The notes: generated from the sequence alone by a model not told the origin. 64,000 nt of DNA from Macrostomum hystrix (GCA_950097015.1 CATNEN010000038.1:30380001-30444000), one strand, 5' to 3'; positions 1-13,402 are shown, counted from the stretch's first letter. Program-made: numbers and translations.

Positions 1-140
1 TGAGGGGCCAACCCCAAAGGCACAGTGAGAGTGTACACTGCCTGATGATGAGAAGGTCAGGGTAGATGTACACACCTATGTGAGTGTGTGCTCAGGAGTC
101 AGCGAAATGGGCAGAACTGCTTCTCTCTTGCTGCGGGTCC
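1..140 (+). mobile_element. SINE family 1, partial copy (3' part)
   Basis: Matches the body of the copies at 1820, 18110 and 20205 (gcacagtgagagtgtacactgcctga...gctcaggagtcagcgaaatgggcagaactgc). Confidence 0.8.
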
Positions 141-1819
141 ACTGTCAACATATTTTATGTCAAATAATTTTGAGATCAGCATGATGATGCGATGCTAAAT
201 TTACTTTTGTGCTTGCGTACAAGTAGGTGTTCTATATTAGAGTTCTCTAGCCGAGTTACTTCAAGTTTTATTTTACAAGTAAAAGTACAATTGCAAGAGT
301 ATTTGGAATCGCTAGTCTGTCAGACGCTGGAACTGAATTGGCTCAGGAGTGAATTTACCTGCATTATCTGGTCAATGCAGCAAGCACGCATGGAACATGT
401 GTAGCTGAGAATCTGTACAGAGGTAAAGGAAACCGTACAGTGGGATTCTGAAGTGAACGAGAAAGGACAGACAGGTATTTGGCAAACCAGACTGGGTAGT
501 TTTTTATGATGCTGAACAGCTCTAGCTGCTAGCTAGTTATATTGTTTTATTTGCTGCACTTTTAGATTGCCAGTTGAGCAGATCCCAACGATTGCCCTGC
601 TACTTCTTAATTACAGAACCTCTCGTTTAGCGAGACTACGTGATGTTGGTGGATTTACTTATTCATTCGTTAATCTAATCTACTCAAGTTGTAGTTGCCC
701 TACTATGCCAAATTCAATCGGTATTTTCCTTGTTTGGGTTTCGTGAGCCCATGGAGTGATTTAAGTTTTAAGGATTTTGAACAAATTTTTCTCTCCCTAA
801 ATTAGAAAGAGTTGATTGAAGAAATCAATGTACATTGTCTCCTTCCATCCCTCCATTAGACATACTCCACCTTTCTCTTGATTCATCTTCATGAATCTTC
901 TTTATCTGCTCAATATTTTAATCCACCTTTAATCCAAACTGCATCTAAGCTAGGCCTAGTCAGTTTTCAAAGGCTGTTAGCGTGATGTGAGTCTCTTAAT
1001 GCCCCTGAATTAGTAAAATAACACTTTAATATTAGGACAAACGTTCGTCTTACGGAAGGGTGTTAAAGGGGCAGACAAGCAAAGGAAAGGAAGTCAAATA
1101 GTATAGTATATAATTCAGCCTGTTTTGATCGCATATATTGGAATAACAGTTATTCTAATATCTGTGGTTTTAATGGATTGTAAAACGGCCCTATTAAGGA
1201 GCAGCGTGTTAATGAGGTCGTACGAAAAGGCTTTCGGATGACAAGCTCTATGTCCACAGTGTAATTTTTAGCCTTTAAATTTAATGCTAACGAAAAGCTA
1301 GTTTTATACAATGGGCCTAATGGCAGCATGCCAAAACGGCCCTAATTAGGGTCACACGAAATAAGAGATAGGCCAAACAAATATGACTTGAATGCTTGAC
1401 GGCTTTGAAAACCAATTGTAGGACAAAATTGCCGTTTTTCGCACATAATAAATATTATGTTTTAATTTGTTTGTTTTTTCTTTCTCTTTTTTTTCCAAAA
1501 AACTACTTTCTAGAGAATGTGTAAGACGCCTCAGTCGAACAGCAGAAAGCGTCAAGGCCAGATAAGATTGCTCTCCCGTCAGCAATCCAAGCTGACACAA
1601 ACTGCAGATGGCCTCGGGTTTCACCTGACACATTCGTCTGGCACTATTATTAAACGTTGCGGCTCAGCGGCTAGTGGCAGTGTAGTTTTCTACTCAAAAC
1701 CGAATCTTTAATCTTACATATTTCATATTATTTCCTTGATCGACCCACTTACTAATTACTAGATTGATAGTTATTTTCGACAACGTTTCGATTGAGTAGA
1801 AATCAAACTTCAATATGTG

Positions 1820-2165
1820 AGGGGAGTCGGTGGCAGAGTGGTTAACGCGTTCGCCTCTCGCACCACGGTCACTAAGTTCGATTCCACGGCGAGGCCACAT
1901 TTATTTGGGGCGCAGCCGCGGAGAGAAGGCTTGGGGGCTTGTCGTGCAATTTACGCCCTTGTGGGCCAACCTCCAAAGCACAGTTGATGAGAAAGTCAGG
2001 GCAGACACCTGTGTGAGCGTATGCCTGCGTACAGTAGCTGTGTGCGTGTGTGCTCAGGAGTCAGCGAAATGTGCAGAACTGCCTCCTCGCTGGCTGCGGG
2101 TCTAGTGTCACCGAATGAAGTGCCATTGCCCGCAGCCCTCCGGCAATCAGTATTATTATTATTAA
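1820..2165 (+). mobile_element. tRNA-derived SINE, family 1
   Basis: Pol III A-box-like tggcagagtgg, B-box gttcgattcc, body shared with other copies, (TAT)n tail. Confidence 0.88.
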
Positions 2166-2649
2166 AACTTCTATACGTCATTAGTCGAAGATGTCAGTCC
2201 CGAAGTACTGAATCCCGAATTTTACGAGCTAAAAATACGAATCCCTTCTCAATCAATCAAAGTCATAATGCTAGTACGAGCCGTAGTATTTTACTGATGC
2301 AAAAAGCCGTGTCCTTTTATTTTGTTTGTCATCAATTGGTTAGATGTTTCTGCCAACGATATTTGTAGAATGCTTCAGTTAACATTACGTATTTCTTTTC
2401 TTCTAGAGTTTCCAAAACGACCCAGCTCAGTTACTTGAGAATCGACAATGGCTAAGCTGAATGAACTATGTTTTAATTGTCATAATTAATTGCTTAATAG
2501 TTTCACCGCCATCTCAAAGTCTTTGTCCAATATGCTTTAGGAATGAGCCAAATTAGATGACCAGTTCATTAGAAATTAACCAAGTCCTACTATGTCTTTA
2601 GCTGAAAAATCCCAATTTACCTGTACTGTGTACCGAAATACCATTCTAA

Positions 2650-4642
2650 ATGTCATCACCTCTTCAATCATCTCATCATCCTCCAACTGTGCCGCCATTC
2701 CTTGCTCAGGAGTCGCGTCGCAGTCAGCAGAAGCTCGGCACTGCGTCTCGCCTTACGAACTTGATACCGGATCCCACCGAGGACCTAGAAGAGTTTGTAC
2801 TCCGTCCAGCGCCCCAAGGTTGTGTCATCAAGGGCAAAATTACTCGAGACACTCGAGGCATTGAACGATCGCGCTATCCGACCTACTATCTGCACATGGA
2901 GCGCGACGATGGCAAGAAAATCTTTCTACTAGCCGCCAGGAAACGACGCCACTCGTCCACGGCTAATTATCTGATGTCGTGCGACGCCACCGATTTGAAG
3001 CGAGCCGGCGAGAGCTTCGTTGGCAAACTGCGTAGCAATTTCTTTGGCACCGGTTTCACTGTGTTCGACAATGGCGAGTCGCCCAAGAAAAGCGGCGAGT
3101 TGGCTAGGCGCGAGCTGGCCGCCATCGCCTACGACACTAACGTTCTGGGCTTTCGTGGGCCGCGCAGGATGACCGTCCTGCTACCTGGCATGAATGCCAA
3201 CTCTGAGCGCATCGAGCTCAGGCCCAAGTCTGACGATGACGGACTACTGGCCAGGTACAAACGGAAGGAGATCAACAACCTGCTGGAGTTGCACAATAAG
3301 ACGCCTGTCTGGAACGAAGGTAAATTTTATATTGAGTTATTCAGCTTGTAGGTATCCAATCTATTCGATTAAAATATTTAAAATGTGTACATGTCTTTGC
3401 GATGGTAACATATATGTCTTCGAGATAGTAATGTCTGTGTGATGGTACAGACGTTATGTCTTCGAGATAGTAATCTCTGTGTGATGGTAGCGTCTGTGTC
3501 TTCGTGTTGTTAACGTCTGTGTCTTCGTGTTGTTAACGCCTGTGTCTTCGTGACGATAATGTCTGTGTCTTCGTGACGATAATGTCTGTGTCTTCGTGAC
3601 GATAATGTCTGTGTCTTCGTGACGATAATGTCTGTGTCTTCGTGTTGTTAACGTCTGTGTCTTCGTGACGATAATGTCTGTGTCTTCGTGACGATAATGT
3701 CTGTGTCTTCGTGATGGTAACGTCTGTGTCTTCGTGATGGTAACGTCTGTGTCTTCGTGATGGTAAGTAACGTCTGTGTCTTCGTGATAGTAACTTCTGT
3801 GTCTTTGTGATGGTAACCTCTGTGTCTTCATGATGGTAACCTCTGTGTCCGAGATAGTAACTTTTGTGTCTTCGTGATGGTAACATGTGTGTCTTCGGGA
3901 GGACTTCTGCATCTTCAGGTTTAATCGCGTTTTAATCTCATTGAAATCGGTGAGAATTTGGTCACCCACGCAGCCAATTCTCACATTTATTCTCATATCT
4001 CTCCGCAGACACCCAGTCCTACGTGCTGAATTTTCACGGTCGTGTTACGCAAGCCTCTGTCAAGAATTTTCAAGTTGTTCACGATAATGACGGTGAGTGT
4101 CTGTAGTTAGATGATTGTCAGTTTAAAGTACACATTGAATAGTGGAGCATGTAAGAATAAATAAGAAAAACTGGCTGTACTACTTACAAGTAGAAAGCTA
4201 CGATAGTGGCTTTGAAAATTCGAAGAATTACTGGATTCAGCACAAGATTCTGAATCAAGGCGACTTAAAGACAAATCAACCGATTTTTTACCGCAGCTAA
4301 TGCCGGTGCTTATTTTTAAGTTTGGCGTTATTTATAGCCAATTGGGATTGAAGTCTAAATTATACATTTGTTTTTACCTGGGGCCTTTATTTTAACTTTA
4401 TTTCAAGTACACTCTCAGGCCCAAAATAAAACGAAAATTTTATTTGCCGAAAGCTAAACTCTTAATGAGATTTTGATGCTATTTACATAGTAGATAATAT
4501 ACTTTCAGTTGATTACATCGTAATGCAATTCGGACGCATTTCCGATGACGTGTTCACAATGGACTACGCCTATCCGATGTGCGCTCTGCAGGCTTTTGGT
4601 GTGGCCCTGTCCTCGTTCGATGGAAAACTAGCTTGCGAATAA
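2650..4642 (+). CDS. TUB: Tubby/TULP family protein, C-terminal Tub domain (3' exons)
   Basis: Exons ~2650(or 2710)-3319, 4009-4092 and 4509-4642 have GT-AG sites in consistent phase. Translation has Tub motifs [67 protein letters not shown] and the typical end [12 protein letters not shown]. 5' exons are unresolved: an in-frame TAA precedes ATG 2650 and a plausible acceptor lies at 2709. Confidence 0.93.
3400..3900. repeat. 23-bp minisatellite in a Tubby intron
   Basis: Tandem unit gtctgtgtcttcgtgacgataat and variants; explains the spurious His/Arg-rich ORFs 3454..3996 and 3533..3886. Confidence 0.95.
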
Positions 4643-6563
4643 GTTTGAGCGCAAATTTAGTAAGATAAGATAAAACTTTGAGATTGTGGGATCATAAAGT
4701 GATTATTTATTAGCGCAGAGTCAATCAACACTAACTGTCAGATCTGGTTCACAATTTCTATTTGCTTTTTTCTTCGTATATCTCTGCACATCTGGACCTG
4801 CATCTATCTCTGTTGTTTTTGTTTGTTTTTGTTTCATTGTTTTAGCGCGACGGTACAGAAATTCTTTAGTTTTTGGCCGTATTATGTGATCGTAAGGGTT
4901 AGGTACTATGTCTACTAGTGCGATGGGTTCTATTTTTAGCATCGAAAAGTCACGCCATGCCTGCGTGATAGGCGAAATCCATGTTGCTATTTTTAGCGCT
5001 TAGCAGTTAAAAATCGCGCGACTCTTGCGTGTCTCATATTACTAAATTTAATGCAAATGTCAACTTGTTGTTCTGGGCAACTGTTAAATTTATTAGAATT
5101 TTTTGTGGTAACAAAATTATAATATTTCATCCGTTTTTTGTTTCCAGTTCGTTGTAACAAACACTATTTTGTTGAAAGTGATATTTTAGGCATATAAAAG
5201 TCAGATATTATGTATTTGGCAGTTTTTTAAAAAAAGAACTCATTGTTGTTGATGTTGTTTCAGCTGTTTCGTCACATAGCCGTCCAATTGTTGGTTTTTT
5301 CTCACCAATTTTCTTGCAATTCTAGTTTTACCGTCCTGTCTCGCTTTGTAATTTTAGTCTTGTTTAGCCCTATATGTATTGAATTGTATAATTTCCGTCC
5401 GCTATTTTTCAGTCTATAGATTTTTTTCAGTTTTATTCCAGAGACCTCGAACCAGTTTTTGGTCTAATTGTGCCGGCTGTTCACGTGTCGCTCTACTTAT
5501 CTAAAAATCTATCTATTTTTTTCGTTAAGACAACACTCCACTAGTATTTTTTGGATTGTGATTTTTTAATACTGTTCTGAATTCTTCAATATTCGTCCTA
5601 CTTTAAACACGTGACCGACAAGAACCAATAATCTTCAGACATGACTTTCGAACTAAATCACGTGACCGAAAAGTTTGCGGTGCATATTTAGCGATGCCAC
5701 TGTAAATTTAATCGAATGTATTCTGAATCTTATGTAACAGTGTCAAACAGTTTTTAAGAAGTTACTCTGTAACAGGCTTTTTGTCGAAATATTTTTATCG
5801 TATCTTAAAATATGTGTCTACAGATATTTTTGTTGCATCGACGTTATAAAATTTTCACACGGCACAAACAGTATATAATGATTATATTATTCAGCTTTGT
5901 CAGTTAGAATTAGAATCACGTTTATAAGTTTCGGTATAGACTTGGTAATGTTGGTGTTATATTATCTCCTCGTTTTTTTAGATTCGTTAATATTTATTTA
6001 TTAGTGTTTCTTGTCAGTAGGAAATCAAGTCGAAAAGCGATATCACTCGTTTACATTTATGTATATCTTGTCTTAAGTATGCAAAATGGTTAACAAAAAT
6101 ATTAACGGTGATTCGATAACGATATTTCGAGCTATTACTGTCGACAAGTTATGCCTATCTGACTGTCAGTATACTGTAGAGCTGTCTGTAATTTTTCCCT
6201 GTCGTCTCTCCTCTTTCTTCATCAATCAATCTCACATTTTCTAAGTATCGTTTTAGTCTCCAAGTAATTTGCTCCTATCTATCAATCTCTCTTACACTGT
6301 CTTTCTCTCGTTTTTTTAGAAAATCTTTCCGATCGCTTGTCCTCTTCTGTATTCAGCTTTGTTGTTAAATGACTATTAGAAGCAATGTGATTTAGCCATG
6401 CGATATTGAATAATTGACATTGGCCGCAGCTGTGTCAACAAATTTTTTATTCTCCTTTGTCCTATCTCACCGCTGAAAAAAAATTGACCCTCGAAAGCGA
6501 AACTCCGTGTTCTTTGTTTTTTGTTTGATACTTTATAGATTCGAGAAATTGGTCTACAAGTAG

Positions 6564-7103
6564 TATAGCTTTTGCCATTCAATCTCAGTGTTTTGTCATT
6601 CATACTCAGCCCCCCATAGAATTAATCCAGCCAGTTGGCGCGGTTTGGCCCATAGACTATCGCTCTGTGCCATTCAATCTCGGGTTTTGTCATTCAAACT
6701 CAGGCTTTATAAGCTCGGTCTCTCAAACGCAGTCCTCCAAAAGACAGCTAAATAACAAATTTCTTCCATTGCATTTGCTTACATGGCCCAACTTACATGG
6801 GCCATATGCTTAGATGGAGCGCCTGGGCCACGTTGCACTGGACACTCTGACGCCTCTGTTTAACAAGTTTAACAAGTCTGTTTTTCGGTCCTGTGTTACA
6901 TGAGCCGAGCTGAGGAATAGTAACCTGTTCATTCCTTATCCACATTTCTTCTCCACATTAAAGCCTGAGTTTGAATGACAAAACCCGAGATTGAATGGCA
7001 CAGAGCGATAGTTTATGGGCCAAACCGCGCCAACTGGCTGGATTAATTCTATGGGGGCTGAGTAGGAATGACAAAAGACTGAGATTGAATGGCAAAAGCT
7101 ATA
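6564..7103. repeat. ~145-bp inverted repeat with ~250-bp spacer (MITE/foldback-like)
   Basis: 6564-6709 is the near-exact reverse complement of 6959-7103; each arm has an internal duplication gccattcaatctc..ttttgtcattca.actcag. Confidence 0.85.
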
Positions 7104-8090
7104 GCACGGTTTATAGTAGAAAGACGACAATGGTATTTCAAATACCGACATATTTTTCGAGATTTTTAATGATTGTTGTCGGGGGTCTGGTTGCAAAAAC
7201 CACAAGTATCGGCATAAAATTTCTGCTCACAAAATTTCATATCGGCTATAATCGTTGATTATTATGTATTGATTCAATTTTAGTTGTTCTTTTACAGGCT
7301 TAAATACAGAGCAATGCACAGTTGTCCTTGTCACCAGTGTCGGTGGGCTTTGAATTACTTGGATTTTACGTCGGATCACTTAACTACAAGCTACCTAAAG
7401 CATAGTCAATCAAGTCGTGAAAAAGCAATTTGAGAACTGACTCGCGCCTCAAAGCGAGCAATGTCGAATCAAACTTTCTTCACATCAAGTTCTCATATTC
7501 AGCTAAACAAAGACACAAATTTACTAGTGCGTTAAAATTTCGTACAACGATTTATCGAAGGGGTTTGAAGCAGCGAAAAGTGCAGGTATCGATTAGCATA
7601 TCTTCTTGGAGACATGCTATTGAACATCTTAGGCATGAAATATTTGATATTAGTTTGTTATATTACGCATATCACTAAGGCAGATTTAAAGCAAGATGTT
7701 TAGATATTAATTAGTATTTCACAAAGACTTCAGATATTAATACGGGTAACAGTATGCCAATAAGACCAAGAATGAGTCCAGTTTTTGAACTTCAATTAAA
7801 AACTGCACGATAAAAATCTCAATATTAGAGCAAAGAAATATTACGACAACAGCACAGCTGTGTCAGATCCATTGAACAAGAAAACAAAGTCAATGTGCAC
7901 TAGGTCAAAAAACTGATATTAATTGAGACAGTCAAAGCGTTTAAGAATTCAAATGTAAAACATTAATCGTCAGTAAAAGTTATTCCAGCATTTAAAAGCA
8001 TCTTCCATAGGAATGACTGCAAAATTACGGAAAGTTTTCTACGTTCTACAATTTTCTTAAAACTCGAAGTAGATTTTTGTCCGAACTGAA

Positions 8091-8771
8091 TCACCCCCTC
8101 CTGCATCCGTGATATCGTCCGCGCATCAGGTCCACCCGGTCAGCCCAGAGCCTGCAGGATCTCAGGTAGACAGCATCGAGACACCTGGCATAGTCCCGCA
8201 ATGAGCCAACTGGCCAGCACCTCAGGCTGCAGCAGTCGTTGTCGTGAAGATTATTAAGCTCAACGGACAGGTCCTGAGAACATCGGGTCAGCGTGATGGT
8301 CGACTCGCTTGAGTCCAAGGTGAGACAAACGGTTCGACCGATGCGCCAGTGAAGAGTCTCAACTTCGTCGTCCTGCTCAGCTTGGGTTACTCGTCTTCTT
8401 TGGAGACGAATTTCGTGCTCCACGCCCGGATAAAATGGATCTTCAGTGCAGCTGACTGCCAGGTCGCTCTGTCTGCTCAGGTAGGCTAAGAAATCTGGTG
8501 CGGACTCTCGCAGCAGGTAACGCCAGGTGTCAGACTGCTCAGAATGAGCTGCCAGGTATTCAAAAAGGCGCAGAGCCAACGGCACAACCTCGATGGAGGC
8601 TGACGAATTTTCATCGGCAACGCTTAAAGAGGCGCTTAGACTAAGCGCTGAACTGCCAGAACTAGACGATGATGAAATCGATGCCGAAACGTCGATTTCG
8701 TCATTCTGATGAACGATTTCTTGGCCGGCAATCACTGCAGCGGCTTCGACAGCTTCTCGTAGAAGGCGCAT
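8091..8771 (-). CDS. Hypothetical protein, 226 aa, Ser-rich N-terminus
   Basis: GC-rich open frame in AT-rich flanks; a branch/acceptor-like ctaatc...gcaag lies directly before ATG; CCAAT motifs at ~8940-8965. No family recognised. Confidence 0.6.
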   Translation of the reverse strand: MRLLREAVEAAAVIAGQEIVHQNDEIDVSASISSSSSSGSSALSLSASLSVADENSSASIEVVPLALRLFEYLAAHSEQSDTWRYLLRESAPDFLAYLSRQSDLAVSCTEDPFYPGVEHEIRLQRRRVTQAEQDDEVETLHWRIGRTVCLTLDSSESTITLTRCSQDLSVELNNLHDNDCCSLRCWPVGSLRDYARCLDAVYLRSCRLWADRVDLMRGRYHGCRRG

Positions 8772-9164
8772 CTTGCAGGCAAGCGGGCGGGCGGGCAGGT
8801 TGATTAGTTAAAGTTGAAAAATAACTTGTCTGAGCCTTGACTTAGCTTTCGTGTCTATTCTAGTTGTTTTTATTATGCGTGAACATTGATGTACATAGAT
8901 TTTCTAGACTCTTCACTTCTGCCCCTCTCCGCGATTTTCATTGGCTATGACTCATCCAGCCAATCAGATGATAGCGCGGCAGCCACCCACTATATCTGCA
9001 TATAGCTGTCTGGGCGGCAGCAAGTGTACATCACTCTAGTAGAGTGTCCAAGAAACCATTCAAACGGCCAAAAGAACACATTATTGTGGGCAATCTAAGC
9101 TATACTAGCATCTTTAAATTACATCGGCTCAAAATCGGCAAACCTAGGAGTAATTTTTTATCGT

Positions 9165-9470
9165 CGTGATTGATTACACCTGCCCATTTGTGTCAAATGT
9201 GCAGCCGGCAGCACAGCCGCAGATATTGCGCAGTGCATCTGAAAGCTACGTACGAGTATACGGTATTTCAGTACATGGAACGATGACATGCCACTGCACC
9301 AAACCCACTCTCAATTACCCCGCTAATGCTGGCACCCATTTAACAGCTGGGTGAACTGAAGCAATGCTGAGTTAAGTGAATTGCTAAATGACACAATTTG
9401 TTCTAGTGGAGTCGGAATCGAACCCTCGACCTTCAAGTCGGTAGTCCAACGCTCTAACCAGAAGGCTACA
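9165..9470 (-). mobile_element. tRNA-derived CORE-SINE, family 2
   Basis: Minus-strand tRNA head (tagcc..tgg A box, ggttcgattcc B box) then CORE-like cacttaactcagcattgcttcagttcacccagctgttaaatgggt; shared with 15640, 19260 and 45984. Confidence 0.85.
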
Positions 9471-9524
9471 AATTTTTTATTATTATCATACCTATACGCT
9501 CGTAATAAAGAAATATCATAAACG

Positions 9525-11200
9525 ACGCTGGCCCCATACCACTTCGTGCTTTTCCTGGACTGGGTGCTTCGGACAGCGCTGTCCTCAGCCGAAGAAGGCT
9601 TTCTGCTGCGTAAATGCATTAGTCACCGCCATGATGAGAAGCGCGTTGGCAATGAAAACAATGCGACTGGCGGAGCGCTCGCAGTCAATCTGGCAGAGCG
9701 ACCCGACCATCAGGCAGGCGCGGCAAAACATAGAGCGGCTTCGAAGATCCCGACGGCCCAGAGGCGACGCCGACGGCCCAGAGGAGGAACGCAGGAACGA
9801 ATTGCGGCATCGTAAACGCGCCCTCACCACTGAGCCATGCAGCGGAGGCAGATTTTCGCACTAGCCCAGTCACCATGGAGGATGTGCTGAATTTCTTTCG
9901 GAGAACACCAGGCGGCAAAGCGCTCGGCCCCGACAAGGTTCCGGTCGAGGCGCTGCGGCTCCGCTGTGTGTCTGCGCAAGTCACAGGCGCCATAAACCGC
10001 GTGCTCGCCGGCGCCACCGCACCTACCGAGTGGACCATCGCGCACATCGTGCCGATCCCGAAGAAGGCCGGGACAACGCGGAAGGAAGATCATCGCGGGA
10101 TCTCACTCGTGTCCTGCACCGCGAAGCTTTTCAACCGACTGCTCCTCGATCGCCTACAGTCGGTGCAGGACCCGTACCTCCGTTATTAGCAGAACGGACT
10201 CCAGCCGCAACATGGTACGGTGACCCAGATCGTCGCACTCCGCCATGTCATCATGGAGGTGCGCATCCGCCAGTCAACGTTGATTGTATTCATCGACTTT
10301 CGCTAGGCGCCGTATACTCTCGTCGTCTACTTCTACCTGGTCAGGAGTATTGCAGGGTGATACGCTGGCCCCGTTCCTCTTCGTACTTCTCCTGGACTGG
10401 GTGCTTCGGACAGCGATGCCCTCAGCCGAAGACGGTGCGTAGACGCATTATTCGCTGCCATTTTTTGCTACGCCGACGACCTCGCCCTTCTGTCTTCGTC
10501 TGTTGAAGGCGCCAAGCGCCAGATTGACAGGTTGGCGGAGGTGGCACCATGTGTCGGCCTAGTGATCAACAGGTTTAAGACTGAGGTGCTGACCGTGACA
10601 GTAGATATTCAAGCCGACCTGACGTGCCGTGGCGCAGACGGTCAAATCGTCTTTCTCGCACGTTGTCAGCAGCTTGCTTACCTCGGCGGCCTGGCGCTCT
10701 AATTTGAGGAGGACATCCGGCGGCGCAGAGGACTCGCATGGGCGGTCTACCGGTCGATTCGTGTCGTCCGCCAGTCCAAAAGCGCTGGCTGACCGCCAGA
10801 GGGCTCGGTTTTGGCAGACGGTGGTCGAGACCGTCCTGCTGTACAACGCCGAATCGTGGACGCTGACGGCTACGCTGGAGCGGAAGCTGGACTCGGCGCA
10901 CTCGGGGCTGCTGCGCGCGGCCTTCCAAGCTGACGAGAGCATCAGATCCCAGGCTCTGTACGAGAGAGCCCAGCTGCTTGCAACGCCCGTCCACCATCCT
11001 GGGACCTGTGGCGCCTTCGACTAGCGGGCCATGTTATTCGGGCTGAAAGTTACTGCCGCCAATCTGTCCAGAACGTCCTGCTGCTCAACTTGCAGGGGCC
11101 GTTCAGGCGCGGCCAGGCGCGGCCAGCCTGCTAAGCGACGCCGGGGTGCCAGACATCGCCAACGAGGCGGACTTTGTTCGCACGCTGGCTCTGCAGGCTT
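9525..11200 (+). mobile_element. Decayed, rearranged RTE-clade LINE
   Basis: Fragments align to the RTE at 24220-26838 (GGKALGPDKVP, HIVPIPKK, YADDLALLSS, VVETVLLYNAESWTLT) with frameshifts and stops. The DWVLRTA block occurs twice (~9555 and ~10395). Confidence 0.9.
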
Positions 11201-11204
11201 GCGT

Positions 11205-12765
11205 CGTTTGTTGTTGTTTTTGTTTGTTTTAGCACCCCTGTTTGCGGTTCCGAAACACTTTTATAGGTGCCGAGGATACCAAGTGTACGGCGGTCCTGAT
11301 CCAGAGCCGGGCACTCTCCGACAATGTGCTTCGGCACACAGCCTGCTGATGCCTGTCTCGGCTCGCCTGATTCGGTGCGCGTGGCCTGCAGCTCCGTGGA
11401 GTGGCCACATCAGAACCTGGCGTAATCGGCCAGGATCGGTCAAGAAACGCGGGGCATTGCAGTACTGTTTGCCGGGAGCGGAAAGCTCCCCAGGCCAGTG
11501 CTCTGCGCCGTGCGATATCATCGTCTTGCACGCTTGGAACCAGGCCGCCTAGGTGATAAACTCCGTGCAGCGAGGTAGCAGCGCCACCTGCCCTCTCAGG
11601 CGCGGTAGCGGATCTCAGCCGGTAGGTCTATCGGCGCCGTCAGCACCATCGTTTTTCGGGCGTTCACAGTCAGCCCGACCACAGCTGCCGCGGCTGTCAG
11701 CTTGTCCAGCATGCGTTTGGCTCCTTAAAAGAGCTTGACAGCAACGCCAGGTCGTCCGCATACGCCAGTATGGGGTGTCGCCTGCTCGTGCTGCGGCAGA
11801 TCAGAAAGCCATCAGGGTCACCAGAAAGACTTACGCGCAGCACCCAGTCCAGGACGAAGACAAACAGGAAAGGGCCCTGCGTGTCCCCTTGCAGCACACC
11901 AGAGGACGTGTCGAAACAGTTAGACAGGCCGTCTGGAGTTACCACTGCCGCCCTGGTCTCCTTGTAGCCATAACAGCCGTCACCAGATGCTCAGGCACGT
12001 GGTACGCGCGCAGGATGATCGCAATAAGTCGCCTTGACACCGAATCTAACGCCTTCAGGAAATCTACGAAGATGCAGACGACGATCGATTGGTGGATGCG
12101 AGCCTCTTCTTGGATGTGGCGCAACGCGAGAATTTGCGTTACTGAGTCCCGGCACGGCCGGAAACCATTCTGCTCTCGCCGGAGGAAAGGGTCACGTGGC
12201 ATTGCCTCCTGGAGTCTTCGACTTCTTTACGAGATGGTGATGGGACTGGTATTAAAGGCGCTCTCTTCCGGCAGCACGAGCTCAAGAAGTCCTTGAGCTC
12301 GTTTCGACGTTTTTCGAGCTTGTCAACCGCTATGTTCAGCACGTTGCGTCGGTTGCGGCCCGTCAGCTGGTTGACAGCTGACCAAAAGGCGCGCAGCTTC
12401 TTGGCAGGACCGGCGTCGGTGATTTTGCGGATAGCAGCTTCCACCGCGGCGCACTGCCGCGTCTTGAAGGTCTCCGCCAAGGCTTTCTCTGCGTCCTCCG
12501 TGACTTATCCTCTTCGTCACAGTCTCTCGACTGTCAGCCGGGCCTGCCGCAGCGATTCGTCGCCCTGCCCCACACAGGCTTACTATTTGGTGCTGTCTGC
12601 ACCAGCGGCAGTGTTTTGGCGGCGGTGACAGAATGGCTGAGCTGATGCTTCCGTAGTCTGCTGCAGCAGCGGTCTCCGGCCTCACTTCCATCGCCTCGGT
12701 GAAGGCCATGCAGAAACGGCTTCTCACAGTTGGATTGCGAAGGGCACGGAAATAGTGGCTCATTC
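11205..12765 (-). mobile_element. Decayed RTE-clade LINE, tail-to-tail with the previous copy
   Basis: Minus-strand fragments EQNGFRP, FVDFLKALDSV, GVLQGDTQGPFLF, YADDLALLS; (CAA)-rich tail at ~11205-11230. Confidence 0.9.
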
Positions 12766-13109
12766 ACAATGCCATCAAACGAGAACAAAACACACGATTG
12801 TGCATGCGTTTTATGACCATTCAAGGTAACATATAAGTGTACAAAAACTACTTCTTTGATTCGGAGTACCCTCTCATTTCAATAATGCAGAATAATGCTG
12901 AAAAAATAAGTAATGCGTTTTGCAATTGCTGAGTGCTTTTTTGTAAATAAGGTAAGTTTTGCACCTAAATACTAATATAAGTAAAACTTGTGGATCACTG
13001 TAGCTATAAACAATTAACAGAGAAACAAAAGCAAGAATGCCAATGTAAATAAAAGTACCAATGTCAGAGAAAAGTTCAATAGGTCGCTTGATTATTGGAC
13101 GCTAGAAAG

Positions 13110-13402
13110 CTTAATAATAATAATTATAATTACAGGAGGGCTGTGGGCAATGGCACATCATTTGGTGACACTAGACCCGCAGCCAGCGAGGAGGCTGCCC
13201 ATTTCGCTGACTCCTGAGCACTCACACGCGCAGATAGATACACAGGTGTGTACATCTGCTTTGACTTTCTCATCTTCAGGTTGGCCACGTGTAAATGGAA
13301 CGACAATCCCAAGCCTTCGCTCCGCGGCTGCGACCCAAATGAATGTGGCCTCGCCGTGGAATCGAACTCACGTGTTAACCGCTCTGGCACCGACCCTCCG
13401 CC
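13110..13402 (-). mobile_element. SINE family 1 copy
   Basis: Reverse complement of family 1, including gagttcgattccacggcgaggccacatt and an AT tail. Confidence 0.85.

Noticed and set aside
30-110. Hammerhead ribozyme (CTGATGA...GAAA)
   Set aside because: CTGATGA is not conserved in other SINE copies and sits in a simple hairpin; stems I-III cannot be built.
1513-2450. Candidate upstream Tubby exons
   Set aside because: Acceptors are visible but I could not find a consistent donor/phase chain or homology.
3454-3996. His/Arg-rich repeat protein ORFs
   Set aside because: Translation of a 23-bp minisatellite within a GT-AG Tubby intron.
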